A stretch of DNA of 64,000 nucleotides from Paludibacteraceae bacterium (GCA_963621535.1 CAVFEQ010000004.1:131-64130), one strand, 5' to 3'. Counted from the first letter of the stretch, positions 31,208 to 40,279 are shown. Program-made: numbers and translations. Notes: generated by a model not told the origin, from the letters alone.

Positions 31208-32631
31208 ATTTTGAAGCGATTATCGGACTTGAGATCCATGTCCAAATGAAGACGAAGAGCAAGATGTTCTCTTCTTCGCCAAATTCCTTTTCTCGTGTTC
31301 CTAATAGCGAAGTCACCCCTTTTGACATGGCTTTCCCGGGAACGATGCCTCGCGTGAACAAACAGGCGGTCATCAATGCGATTCGCGTGGCAAACGCTTT
31401 GCACATGAGCATCGACCACACCCTTTATTTCGACCGGAAAAACTATTTCTACAGCGACCTTCCTAAAGGCTTCCAAATCACGCAGCAGCGCCGACCGATC
31501 GGAAGCCATGGCTATCTTGATATCCTCGATAAAGAAGGGAAAACCAAACGCATCAAGATTGAACGCATCCACATGGAGGAAGATACCTGCAAGCAATTGC
31601 ATCTCTCCGATTGCTCCCTGCTTGATTACAATCGCGCGGGAACTCCTCTAGTGGAAATCGTTTCTGAGCCGGACATTCGTTCCGGTACGGAAGCTATGCA
31701 TTACGTTGAGGCGATCCGGAATATCGTCGTCTATTCCTTGACGAGCGATGGCAAAATGGAAGAAGGATCTCTCCGCTGCGACGTCAACGTCTCGCTTCGC
31801 CCATTTGGCGAAGAAAAATTCGGAACCAAAGTAGAGATCAAGAACCTTAACTCCATCAAGAACATCGAGCAGGCCCTTGATTATGAAATTGCTAGGCAAA
31901 GCGCTTGCTTGCTCACCGGCGTCCCCGTTCAGCAAGAGACAAGACGCTTCGATGAATCAAGTGGGAAGACGGTTTTGATGAGAGTCAAAACCGATGCGGT
32001 CGACTACAAATATTTCTGCGAGCCGAATATCACCCCGATTCATCTAAGCGACGAATTCGTAAACGAGGCCATCGCGACTTGCCCTGAGCTTTATGAGGCG
32101 AAAAAAGAACGTTATTTAAAGAATGGCCTGTCCGAAACCGATGCCTCCATTCTTTTGTCTGATTTAGCGATGTCTTCTTATTTTGAGAAGGCCATGGAAG
32201 AGGCCAAAAGCGCGAAGACCGTCGCGAATTTCCTCATCGTGGAAGTTAACTCCTATCTTAATAAAGAAGGTAAAGAAATCGATGAGTTCCCCTTGCCTCC
32301 ATCTTTGCTGAAAGATATTTGCAATTTGCAAGATGAGGGGTATACCCATAAGCAGGCGATGCAAATCTTCTCTTATTTGCTCGAAAACGGAGGGACGGTC
32401 GAAGAAGCGAGAACTGCTCTTAAAATAGAAAAGCAGTCGAACGATGAGGGAGCCGTTTTGACTTTCGTCACCAAGGTTCTTGACGCTAACCCCCAGTCGA
32501 TCGCCGACTTCAAGGCGGGCAAGGACAGAGCCATCGGTTTCTTGGTTGGCCAGGTCATGAAAGAGAGCAAAGGGAAGGTCAATCCCGCTGCGGTAAGCAA
32601 GGTCTTGCAGGAAGAAATCAAAAAACGCTGA
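31204..32631 (+). CDS. gatB: Asp/Glu-tRNA amidotransferase subunit B
   Basis: The N-terminus is IGLEIHVQ. DYNRAGTPLVEIVSEPD is present. Length is 475 aa. Confidence 0.95.
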   Translation: MNFEAIIGLEIHVQMKTKSKMFSSSPNSFSRVPNSEVTPFDMAFPGTMPRVNKQAVINAIRVANALHMSIDHTLYFDRKNYFYSDLPKGFQITQQRRPIGSHGYLDILDKEGKTKRIKIERIHMEEDTCKQLHLSDCSLLDYNRAGTPLVEIVSEPDIRSGTEAMHYVEAIRNIVVYSLTSDGKMEEGSLRCDVNVSLRPFGEEKFGTKVEIKNLNSIKNIEQALDYEIARQSACLLTGVPVQQETRRFDESSGKTVLMRVKTDAVDYKYFCEPNITPIHLSDEFVNEAIATCPELYEAKKERYLKNGLSETDASILLSDLAMSSYFEKAMEEAKSAKTVANFLIVEVNSYLNKEGKEIDEFPLPPSLLKDICNLQDEGYTHKQAMQIFSYLLENGGTVEEARTALKIEKQSNDEGAVLTFVTKVLDANPQSIADFKAGKDRAIGFLVGQVMKESKGKVNPAAVSKVLQEEIKKR

Positions 32632-32637
32632 TCATTT

Positions 32638-33390
32638 ATGGAAAAGGAAATCGCGGAACTCAAAAAGTATCTTGAAACTGTCGCCACTTTTTTCCTGCCC
32701 CAATACAAAGAGCTGCCCGGGGTGGAGCTGTATATGGAGCAGGTTCTTAAGTACATCAATGACATTTTGTCATCTTTGACCATTGACCAAGAGAACATGC
32801 TCACTTCCTTCATGGTTAATAACTACGTCAAAGCCAAGATGATTGACCTTCCGGTGAAGAAAAAATATTCGAAGGATCAAATCGGATATTTGATGGCCAT
32901 TTGCCTGATGAAATCCACCATCTCTATGGCGGATATGTCCTTGCTTCTTGAGCTTGATTCCTGCGTCTCCGTCGACAAGGGACGGCTTTATGCCTTCTGG
33001 GCGAGCATGGAAAGCTCGATTCTTAACGAAACGGCGAAGAAAACCATCTCTCGCATTGAAAATTTCACGAAAAGCAGCCTGTCTGGAAAAGGCAAAAAGG
33101 GCAAAAACAACGAAGAAGATGTACGCGCATCGCTTGGCTTGATTGCCCTGCGTCTTGCTATCCAATCCCAAGCGAATAAACTAATATCCGATTCGATCAT
33201 CGCAGCTCTCCGCGCGGATATGCATGGCGACGATAAGAAGAAAAAAGCCATCGAAGCCGAGCAAAAGGGAGCAAGCCACCGCGCAGTGCGCCATGCGAAA
33301 AAAGAAGCGAGGCGCTTAGCGGCGGAAAAAGAAGCGAAATCGAAGACGGAAAAGAAAGACAAACCAAATAAAAAAGGAGCTTCAAAATGA
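32638..33390 (+). CDS. DUF1836 domain protein with lysine-rich C-terminal extension
   Basis: ELYMEQVLKYIND...LTSFMVNNYVKAKMIDLPVKKKYSKDQIGYLMAICLMK matches the DUF1836 pattern as I recall it. The last 60 aa or so are K/A/E-rich. Confidence 0.65.
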   Translation: MEKEIAELKKYLETVATFFLPQYKELPGVELYMEQVLKYINDILSSLTIDQENMLTSFMVNNYVKAKMIDLPVKKKYSKDQIGYLMAICLMKSTISMADMSLLLELDSCVSVDKGRLYAFWASMESSILNETAKKTISRIENFTKSSLSGKGKKGKNNEEDVRASLGLIALRLAIQSQANKLISDSIIAALRADMHGDDKKKKAIEAEQKGASHRAVRHAKKEARRLAAEKEAKSKTEKKDKPNKKGASK

Positions 33391-34400
33391 AAAAAATCCT
33401 CGTCACTGGCGGAACTGGATTCATCGGTTCCGAAACCGTTATCTGCCTGATCGAAAATGGTTATGAACCGATTTTGGTGGACAACCTTTGCAATTCGAAG
33501 AAAGAGGTCCTCTCGCGAATCAAAACCATCACTGGAGAGATGCCGAAATTCTATGAGGTCAATTGCTGCGACTACCCTTCTTTCAAAAAGGTTTTCGAGC
33601 AAGAGAAGATCGACGCGGTCATCCATTTCGCTGGGCTTAAGGCCGTCGGCGAAAGCGTGTCCAAGCCGATCGAATACTATTCGAATAATCTCATTTCGAC
33701 GCTTACTCTTCTTTCCCTCATGAGGGAATTCGGGGTTAAGAACCTGGTTTTCTCTTCCTCGGCGACTGTTTATGGCGTGCCGAAACACGTTCCTTTGAAA
33801 GAAACCGATCCGACCGCCGATGCGACGAATCCCTATGGCGAGACCAAACTGGTCATTGAGCGCATTCTGACCGACGCCCAAAAGGCGAATCCGGATTGGA
33901 ACATCGCCCTTCTTCGTTATTTCAATCCTATTGGGGCCCATCCTTCAGGGCTTCTTGGCGAAGACCCCAACGGCATCCCCAACAACCTGATGCCCTACAT
34001 TTGCCAAGTTGCCGTTGGAAAAAGAGAGAAACTCCACGTCTTCGGTAATGACTATCCTACGCCTGATGGAACGGGCATCCGCGATTTCATCCATGTCGTT
34101 GATTTGGCGGAAGGGCACGTTGCTACGCTTGCTAAGCTTGCTAAAGACCCCGGTTTGGTAGTCTACAACCTCGGCACGGGTAAAGGCACCTCGGTCCTTG
34201 AGCTTGTGAACACCTTCGTACAAGCCACGGGGATCGAAATCCCTTATGTCATCGATCCGCGCCGGCCTGGGGATGTTGCAGAAAACTACGCGGACGCTTC
34301 AAAAGCCCAAAAAGAGCTTGGCTGGAAAGCGAAGAAAGACATCTTCGACGCCTGCCAAGACGCCTATAACTTCCAAAAGAAAAATCCTAACGGAATTTAA
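33387..34400 (+). CDS. galE: UDP-glucose 4-epimerase
   Basis: The Rossmann motif GGTGFIGS and the catalytic YGETK (YxxxK) are present. Length is 337 aa. Confidence 0.93.
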   Translation: MKKILVTGGTGFIGSETVICLIENGYEPILVDNLCNSKKEVLSRIKTITGEMPKFYEVNCCDYPSFKKVFEQEKIDAVIHFAGLKAVGESVSKPIEYYSNNLISTLTLLSLMREFGVKNLVFSSSATVYGVPKHVPLKETDPTADATNPYGETKLVIERILTDAQKANPDWNIALLRYFNPIGAHPSGLLGEDPNGIPNNLMPYICQVAVGKREKLHVFGNDYPTPDGTGIRDFIHVVDLAEGHVATLAKLAKDPGLVVYNLGTGKGTSVLELVNTFVQATGIEIPYVIDPRRPGDVAENYADASKAQKELGWKAKKDIFDACQDAYNFQKKNPNGI

Positions 34401-34422
34401 TTTCGTTGAAACTCGCATGCAT

Positions 34423-34451
34423 GCCCCCTCTACTTTTGGAGGGGGCTTTTA
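34423..34451 (+). terminator. intrinsic terminator after galE
   Basis: GCCCCCTC pairs with GAGGGGGC as a perfect 8-bp GC-rich stem with loop TACTTTTG. TTTTA follows. Confidence 0.7.
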
Positions 34452-34457
34452 TCGTGC

Positions 34458-34485
34458 GTGACAAAAAACCGCAAACTAGTAGAAT
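34458..34485 (+). promoter_or_regulatory. sigma-70-type promoter candidate for the YegP-repeat gene
   Basis: -35 GTGACA (34458-34463), a 16-nt spacer and -10 TAGAAT (34480-34485). Confidence 0.4.
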
Positions 34486-34509
34486 GTTTCCCAATTGGAG
34501 CGCTAGCTT

Positions 34510-36087
34510 ATGAAAACAAAGAAAACATCCCTGATTGTCACGCTAATCGTCGTGGCTGTTTCCTTATTGGCCTTAGGCCTGTCTTTCCTACTGATGGGCA
34601 TCAATGGAAATTTGAAGGAATTCTTCTCCAAAGAAGAGTTCAACATCATCCTTAATTCCCTTTGTTTCCAAGGGGGCAAGTTCGGGGTGGTTCTCGGAGT
34701 TGCGATGTATGTTGGGCTCCTCTTTGTAGTCGTGATGTTCGTCCTTGCCCTTTGCAAAAAGCGCGGCTGGTTCACGTTGCTTGATTTGCTCGCTCTTGCT
34801 CTTGGGTGTGGCGCATCGATGAATTTGGTTTATTGGGTAAAGCTGAACCGTAATTCAATCACCTCTTTGATTTTTGCGATTGCCCTTGCTGTGCTATGCC
34901 TCTTTACCGCGGTTTTGCCGCTTCTTTGTGTGGCTTCCGAGGCGGAGGATCATCCCGCCACCACTCTTGCGCCTCTTCCTTCTTCCATTCCGACCGTGGA
35001 AAAGAAAACTGCTTCTGAAGAAACCCAGGACGAGGCGAAAAATGAAGAAACCGCTGATTCTCAAGAAGCCCCAGCAGATGAAAAATCGGTTGAAGAAACC
35101 AAACCGGAACCGGTTATCGTGAACAATGCTCCCACTACTAAGGAATCCCCCTCGGAAGAAAAACCCGTTGAAGCGGAAACTGAATCTTCTTCGAAGAAGG
35201 AGCCTGCAGAAACGTCTTCCGAGTCTTTGAAAGATGATAAAATAGCCAAAACAGAGGAAAAACCGATGAAAGAGGAAAAGAAAACAACCAAGACGGCAGC
35301 CCCGAAAACTGCTCCGAAAACTGCTCCGAAAGCCGCAGCCGCTCCAAAGGCTCAGAAAGCTCAAGGAAAATATGAAGTCTATCCCGAGGCGGGCTTCTTC
35401 AAATATCGCCTAAAGGCCAATAACGGTGAGATTCTCATCGTCTCCAATGGCTATAAAACTAGAGACGGCGCGCATAAAGGCATCGACACCTTGGTCAAAG
35501 CCGTCGCTGGTGGCGTCGCTAAGATCGTCATCGACAAAAACAAATACGCCCAGTTCCGCCTTTACACCGCTTCTGATTCGCGTTTGATCGTCGCCGGCGA
35601 ATATTATCCGAACACCAAAGGCGCGCAAAGCGCTCTTGAATCCGTCGAGAAATTCTACAAGACCGACAAAGTGGTTGATCTTGATGAAATCCCCGAATCC
35701 GAAGTCAGAGAATGGCGCATCAGTCTTGGCAAAGCGGAGAATAGCGGCAAAGGCAAATTCGAAATCTACATCGATGAGACCAATAAATATCGTGGGAGGC
35801 TCCTTGCCAACAATGGCCAACTTCTCTTCGCCACTTCTGCTTATGCGGCGAAAAACGGCGTCAATGGCGCTCTTGAGAAAGTACAAAAGAAGTTCAACTC
35901 CACCGATGTTACCGTGACTTGCGACAAGCAAGGCCGCTACCAGTTCATCGTCTATGCTGACAATGGCTCGGTTCTCGTTATGGGCGAGTCTTATAAGAGC
36001 AAGGATCGCGCGATCTCCGCTGCGCAAAGTTCCAAGAACTTCGCGAGCAATCCGCAGATCTTTGACGTCACGAAAGCCGACGACTAA
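34510..36087 (+). CDS. membrane-anchored protein with four YegP/DUF1508 repeats
   Basis: The N-terminal 150 aa or so has about 4 TM helices. An E/K/P/T-rich linker of about 135 aa follows. Four repeats of about 50 aa then match the DUF1508 pattern, for example FFKYRLKANNGEILIVSNGYKTRDGAHKGIDTLVKAV and KYRGRLLANNGQLLFATSAYAAKNGVNGALEKVQKKF. Confidence 0.75.
   Translation: MKTKKTSLIVTLIVVAVSLLALGLSFLLMGINGNLKEFFSKEEFNIILNSLCFQGGKFGVVLGVAMYVGLLFVVVMFVLALCKKRGWFTLLDLLALALGCGASMNLVYWVKLNRNSITSLIFAIALAVLCLFTAVLPLLCVASEAEDHPATTLAPLPSSIPTVEKKTASEETQDEAKNEETADSQEAPADEKSVEETKPEPVIVNNAPTTKESPSEEKPVEAETESSSKKEPAETSSESLKDDKIAKTEEKPMKEEKKTTKTAAPKTAPKTAPKAAAAPKAQKAQGKYEVYPEAGFFKYRLKANNGEILIVSNGYKTRDGAHKGIDTLVKAVAGGVAKIVIDKNKYAQFRLYTASDSRLIVAGEYYPNTKGAQSALESVEKFYKTDKVVDLDEIPESEVREWRISLGKAENSGKGKFEIYIDETNKYRGRLLANNGQLLFATSAYAAKNGVNGALEKVQKKFNSTDVTVTCDKQGRYQFIVYADNGSVLVMGESYKSKDRAISAAQSSKNFASNPQIFDVTKADD
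35302..35332 (+). repeat. 12-nt tandem repeat (about 2.5 copies) in the linker coding region
   Basis: CCGAAAACTGCT occurs twice (35302-35313 and 35314-35325) and is followed by the partial copy CCGAAAGCCGC. It encodes APKTAPKTAPKA. Confidence 0.7.
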
Positions 36088-36106
36088 TCGCAATAAACAT
36101 CTTCTG

Positions 36107-36132
36107 GCCTCAGGGAAACCTGGGGCTTTTTA
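36107..36132 (+). terminator. intrinsic terminator after the YegP-repeat gene
   Basis: GCCTCAGG (36107-36114) pairs with CCTGGGGC (36119-36126) as 8 bp with one G-U pair. The loop is a GAAA tetraloop and TTTTTATGTTTT follows. Confidence 0.65.
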
Positions 36133-36141
36133 TGTTTTGGC

Positions 36142-36170
36142 TTGTTGTTAGGCAAAGACTGGCGTAATAT
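36142..36170 (+). promoter_or_regulatory. promoter candidate for csoR-copA
   Basis: -35 TTGTTG (36142-36147), a 17-nt spacer and -10 TAATAT (36165-36170). Confidence 0.4.
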
Positions 36171-36174
36171 TTAA

Positions 36175-36191
36175 ATACCCCTAGGGGGTAT
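36175..36191 (+). promoter_or_regulatory. CsoR operator (GC-tract inverted repeat)
   Basis: ATACCC-CTA-GGGGGTAT is nearly identical in form to the B. subtilis copZA operator ATACCC-TAC-GGGGGTAT as I recall it. It lies 4 nt after the -10 and 5 nt before the csoR ATG. Confidence 0.65.
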
Positions 36192-36195
36192 ATAT

Positions 36196-36504
36196 ATGGA
36201 AGAGAACATTTGTCCTTGCTGCGGCAAGAAAAAACACCAACCTCGTGATGAAGAGGAAAAAAAGAAACTCGTGAATCGGGTTTCGCGCATCGCTGGCCAG
36301 CTCAAAGGCATCGCCAACATGATCGAAGAAGACCGCTATTGTGGGGATATCCTTATTCAGGTATCGGCGGTTGAGAAAGCCCTTGAATCGTTTGGCTATA
36401 CGATTTTGAACGCCCATTTGAAAAGCTGCGTCAAAGAGGACATTCTCGCGGGCAAAAACGAAGTTATTGGGGAGACGATGGAATTGATCAAGCGTCTTAA
36501 ATGA
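36196..36504 (+). CDS. csoR: copper-sensing transcriptional repressor CsoR
   Basis: The CsoR/RcnR (DUF156) core is RIAGQLKGIANMIEEDRYCGDILIQVSAVEKAL...HLKSCV, with a C-H-C ligand pattern. An extra N-terminal CPCC motif is present. Confidence 0.85.
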   Translation: MEENICPCCGKKKHQPRDEEEKKKLVNRVSRIAGQLKGIANMIEEDRYCGDILIQVSAVEKALESFGYTILNAHLKSCVKEDILAGKNEVIGETMELIKRLK

Positions 36505-39101
36505 AGATGGATAAGAAAGTTAAATTCGATGTGTCAGGCATGACCTGCGCCGCTTGCTCCGCTCACGTTCAAAAAGCCGTTTCATCTCTGCCGGGCGTGA
36601 AAGAGGCGGATGTTAGCTTACTAACAAACTCAATGGTCGTGTCTTTCGACTCCTCCCTTGCGGAGAGCGAGATCTGCGCCGCGGTCAAAAAGGCTGGGTA
36701 TGGCGCGAAGGTGTCTGGAAAAGACGAAGCGAAAAAGGAAGCGCTTGTCGATGAAGAAACGCCAAAATTGGTGCGGAGACTGGTGATATCCTTGGTCCTT
36801 TTGGTTCCCCTATTTTATTTGTCCATGGGTTATATGAACCATGGTTGGGGCTGGCCTTTAGGCGTGATTGGCGAGAATCCTTTTTACTATGGCCTTTTGG
36901 CGATGTGCCTTTCTTTGGCCATTTTGCTCGTGAATCATTCTTTCTTTGTTTCTGGTTTCCGTTCCTTACTTCATGGCGGCCCTAATATGGATACGCTGGT
37001 TTCTTTAGGAAGCGGGATCGCGTTTATTTATGGCGCCGTCGTTCTTTTCTTGATGTCTTCTGTTCTTGGCCCTGAAATGGGCGAGGCCGGCTGGGAAAAA
37101 GTGATGAGCCTCTCCATGGGTTTGACTTTTGAGACCGCCGGGATGGTTCCGACTTTGATCACGGTCGGAAAAGTCCTTGAGTCGTTTTCAAAAGGCAAGA
37201 CCACCAACGCCATCAAATCCTTGCTTGATCTTTCTCCAAAAGAGGCTCATGTTTTACGGAACGGGAAAGAAGAAACCATTTTGACGGAGAAAGTTGTTGT
37301 CGGGGACATTTTCCTTGTCCGTCCGGGGGAAGCGATCCCCGTAGACGGGGTTGTTTTAGAGGGAGAAAGCGCGGTTGATGAATCGGCCTTAAGCGGAGAG
37401 AGCATCCCCGTGGATAAAAAGGTTAACGATCATGTCTCCGGTGGGACGATCAACAAAAACGGGGCCTTGCGGTGCGAGGCTACCCAAGTTGGTAAAGAGA
37501 CAACCATTCAGCAGATCGTGAAGATGGTTGAAGATGCCTCAATGAGCAAGGCCAAAATATCTCGAATTGCTGACAAGGTTTCTGGGGTTTTTGTTCCTGC
37601 GGTTCTTCTTGTTGCCTTTATTGTTCTTTTGGGCTGGCTCATTTTTGGAGGCAACTACGTTAGTGGGGCCTTTAACGGAGAGACAAGCACTTTGACCTAT
37701 GCGCTCGAGCGATGCGTATCCGTCCTTGTCGTCGCTTGCCCTTGCGCTCTTGGTTTGGCAACCCCAGTTGCCATTATGGTCGGCTCCGGGAAAGGGGCTA
37801 AAAACGGAATCTTGTTCAAAACGGCTTCCGCCTTAGAAGAAACGGGAAAAGTTGATTTTGTGCTCCTGGATAAGACCGGAACATTAACCAAAGGCACTCC
37901 TGTCGTGACCGATATCGTTCCTTTTGGGAAGCGTGATTCGAGAGAGCTTCTTTCTCTTGCTTATGCCCTGGAAGCCACCTCAGAACATCCCTTGGCTAAA
38001 GCTATCGTCGAAAAAGGAAAAGAAGAAGGAATTTCGCCCGTACCCGTTTCTCACTTCAACGCGATCTCGGGCGCGGGAGTTTCCTGCTTTATTGATGAAG
38101 TTATTTGCTATGGCGGGAAAGTTGCTTTGCTTGCAGAAAAATACGAGCTTGCCCCTGAGGTTTATGAAATCGTCACAAACCTATCAAACGAAGGCAAAAC
38201 CCCTCTTCTTTTTGCAAAAGGAGGCGACTTTTGCGGGGTTATTGCAGTCTCCGATTCTTTGAAAGAAGACTCGAAAGAGGCTGTAAAAGAATTCAAAGAC
38301 CTTGGTTTGATCCCCGTTATGCTTACTGGCGATAACCTCAGAACCGCCTCTTACGTCGCAAAAGAGGTCGGCATCGATTATGTTAAAGCAGACCTTTTGC
38401 CAAAAGACAAATTGCAGTTTGTGGAATCCCTTAAGAAACTCGGTCGCGTTGCCATGGTTGGCGATGGGATCAATGACGCCCCTTCTTTGACTGCCGCCGA
38501 TATTGGTATAGCGATCGGCGCGGGGAGCGATGTTGCTATTGATTCTGCTGATGTGGTTTTGATGAAGGGGACGCTCCGCGACGCCGCGGGAGCCATCCGT
38601 CTCTCTAGACGCACGCTTTTGAATATTAAGGAAAATCTTTTTTGGGCTTTCTTTTACAACATCATCATGATTCCCATTGCCTCAGGTGCTTTTTCTGGCC
38701 TTGGTTTAGCTAAATTAAAGCCTTGGTACGGTGCTGCGGCCATGGCCTTGTCCTCAGTGACCGTTGTCTGTAACGCCTTGAGGATCAATCTTCTTGATAT
38801 TTATAAGAGCCATAAGCAATCGGGAAAAGCTAAAATTAGGCCCGAGGAAGTCGAAAAACTGTTATCTGAAAACAAAGAAGGAGCTGTTATGAAAAAAGAA
38901 ATCTTTATTTCCGGAATGATGTGCGAGCATTGCGCCGCTCACGTGAAAGAAGCCCTTGGAGACGTAGCTGGAGTCAAAAATGTCCAAGTTGTTTTGGCGG
39001 ACAAGAAAGCGATAATTGAGTTCGATGGAAACGTCGAGAATTCCGCGTTTAATGACGCGATTACGAAAGCCGGATATAAAGTCGTTTCGATCAAGGATTA
39101 A
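36501..39101 (+). CDS. copA: Cu(I)-exporting P1B-type ATPase CopA with N-terminal HMA and C-terminal CopZ-like HMA domain
   Basis: The N-terminal HMA carries GMTCAAC, the transmembrane motif is CPC (VVACPCALGLATP), and DKTGT and GDGINDAP are present. The C-terminal 70 aa is a second HMA domain with GMMCEHC. Confidence 0.93.
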   Translation: MKMDKKVKFDVSGMTCAACSAHVQKAVSSLPGVKEADVSLLTNSMVVSFDSSLAESEICAAVKKAGYGAKVSGKDEAKKEALVDEETPKLVRRLVISLVLLVPLFYLSMGYMNHGWGWPLGVIGENPFYYGLLAMCLSLAILLVNHSFFVSGFRSLLHGGPNMDTLVSLGSGIAFIYGAVVLFLMSSVLGPEMGEAGWEKVMSLSMGLTFETAGMVPTLITVGKVLESFSKGKTTNAIKSLLDLSPKEAHVLRNGKEETILTEKVVVGDIFLVRPGEAIPVDGVVLEGESAVDESALSGESIPVDKKVNDHVSGGTINKNGALRCEATQVGKETTIQQIVKMVEDASMSKAKISRIADKVSGVFVPAVLLVAFIVLLGWLIFGGNYVSGAFNGETSTLTYALERCVSVLVVACPCALGLATPVAIMVGSGKGAKNGILFKTASALEETGKVDFVLLDKTGTLTKGTPVVTDIVPFGKRDSRELLSLAYALEATSEHPLAKAIVEKGKEEGISPVPVSHFNAISGAGVSCFIDEVICYGGKVALLAEKYELAPEVYEIVTNLSNEGKTPLLFAKGGDFCGVIAVSDSLKEDSKEAVKEFKDLGLIPVMLTGDNLRTASYVAKEVGIDYVKADLLPKDKLQFVESLKKLGRVAMVGDGINDAPSLTAADIGIAIGAGSDVAIDSADVVLMKGTLRDAAGAIRLSRRTLLNIKENLFWAFFYNIIMIPIASGAFSGLGLAKLKPWYGAAAMALSSVTVVCNALRINLLDIYKSHKQSGKAKIRPEEVEKLLSENKEGAVMKKEIFISGMMCEHCAAHVKEALGDVAGVKNVQVVLADKKAIIEFDGNVENSAFNDAITKAGYKVVSIKD

Positions 39102-40279
39102 GCAAGGAGGGCGATAAGCTCGTCTTGCAGCCCCGCGACGACTTCCAAATTCCCGTTGTCGTTATATAAGTCAGTTTCGCTGCGCATACCAAAATCTGGC
39201 GCGTAAATCCCCGGCTCATCCGAGAACGATGTCCCCGGTAGCAAGATCCTTTCATCGTGGGTTTCGTAATTGTCTAGATTGGCCCCTGGCCCGTGCGGGG
39301 AGAGGTCATCGGCGATGTTATGGCCAACTCGATGAACAAAGTATTCTCCATATCCAGCATCGGCGATTATTTTCCTTGCGACGTCATCTGCCTCGAAAGC
39401 ATGAACTTTTCTTAGTGGCAGTTCCTTTTGCAAAAAAGAGATAACCCCATCTCGCGCCTGTTTTACGATTGCAAAGCGATCCTTATAGATTTGGGGAATT
39501 TCTTTTCCAACATAGGCCATCCAAGTGATGTCGGCATACACCGCTTCTTCTATGTCATATTTCGCCCACATGTCGATAAGAATCAGATCCCCTTCTTTTA
39601 TGGGGGAATGGATTTCTTTCGTGGGACCATAGTGCGGGTTGCTGGCGTTTTTTCCAATGGCTACAATGGCAGGATCGTCATATACCATGCCTTCCTCGTG
39701 GAAGCGTGCACATATGAATTGTTGGATTTCGTATTCGTCGCTTTCTCCGTGTTTTTCGATGTCGCCTTTGATCTTCGAAAAAGCCTCATCTTTTATTTTT
39801 AGCGCGGTTTTGCAGGCTTTTTGCTGCAATTTGCGGCCTTTTTCGGAAATTACTGCTGTCATTGACTGGAGGATATTCATGCTTGAATAGACCTCTAGCC
39901 CAAGGTTTTTGACATATTCCACAGAACCATAGTCCGCTAAAGACACTCGCATCAGAAGTCCGTTTTCAGAGATGTCCATTAGGATTTTTCCATAGTTCGA
40001 CAAAAGTCCTTTTTCTAACTCCAGCATCTCTTGCCAGGTCTTATAGACGTTGAGGGCGAAGTCCTTTTTGATTTCTTCTACGTCAAGGAAAACCAAGTCG
40101 ATGGAATGGCAGATGATTTGCGCCTTGCCTTTGGAAGGGATAATCACCACGATTTTGCGAGTCAGCATTTTGTGGAGCAACAGCTTCGCGACTACCGGGT
40201 TCCTATTTTCGTAGTCCACGAGAACCCAAGCGTCCGCCTTTTCCTTGCCAATTGAATTTTGGATGTCGCAAAGTTTCAT
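39098..40279 (-). CDS. M24-family metallopeptidase (Xaa-Pro aminopeptidase-like)
   Basis: The C-terminal pita-bread domain carries DLILIDMWA, HRVGHNI and SDEPGIY, consistent with the M24 metal-ligand pattern. Length is 393 aa. Confidence 0.78.
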   Translation of the reverse strand: MKLCDIQNSIGKEKADAWVLVDYENRNPVVAKLLLHKMLTRKIVVIIPSKGKAQIICHSIDLVFLDVEEIKKDFALNVYKTWQEMLELEKGLLSNYGKILMDISENGLLMRVSLADYGSVEYVKNLGLEVYSSMNILQSMTAVISEKGRKLQQKACKTALKIKDEAFSKIKGDIEKHGESDEYEIQQFICARFHEEGMVYDDPAIVAIGKNASNPHYGPTKEIHSPIKEGDLILIDMWAKYDIEEAVYADITWMAYVGKEIPQIYKDRFAIVKQARDGVISFLQKELPLRKVHAFEADDVARKIIADAGYGEYFVHRVGHNIADDLSPHGPGANLDNYETHDERILLPGTSFSDEPGIYAPDFGMRSETDLYNDNGNLEVVAGLQDELIALLA

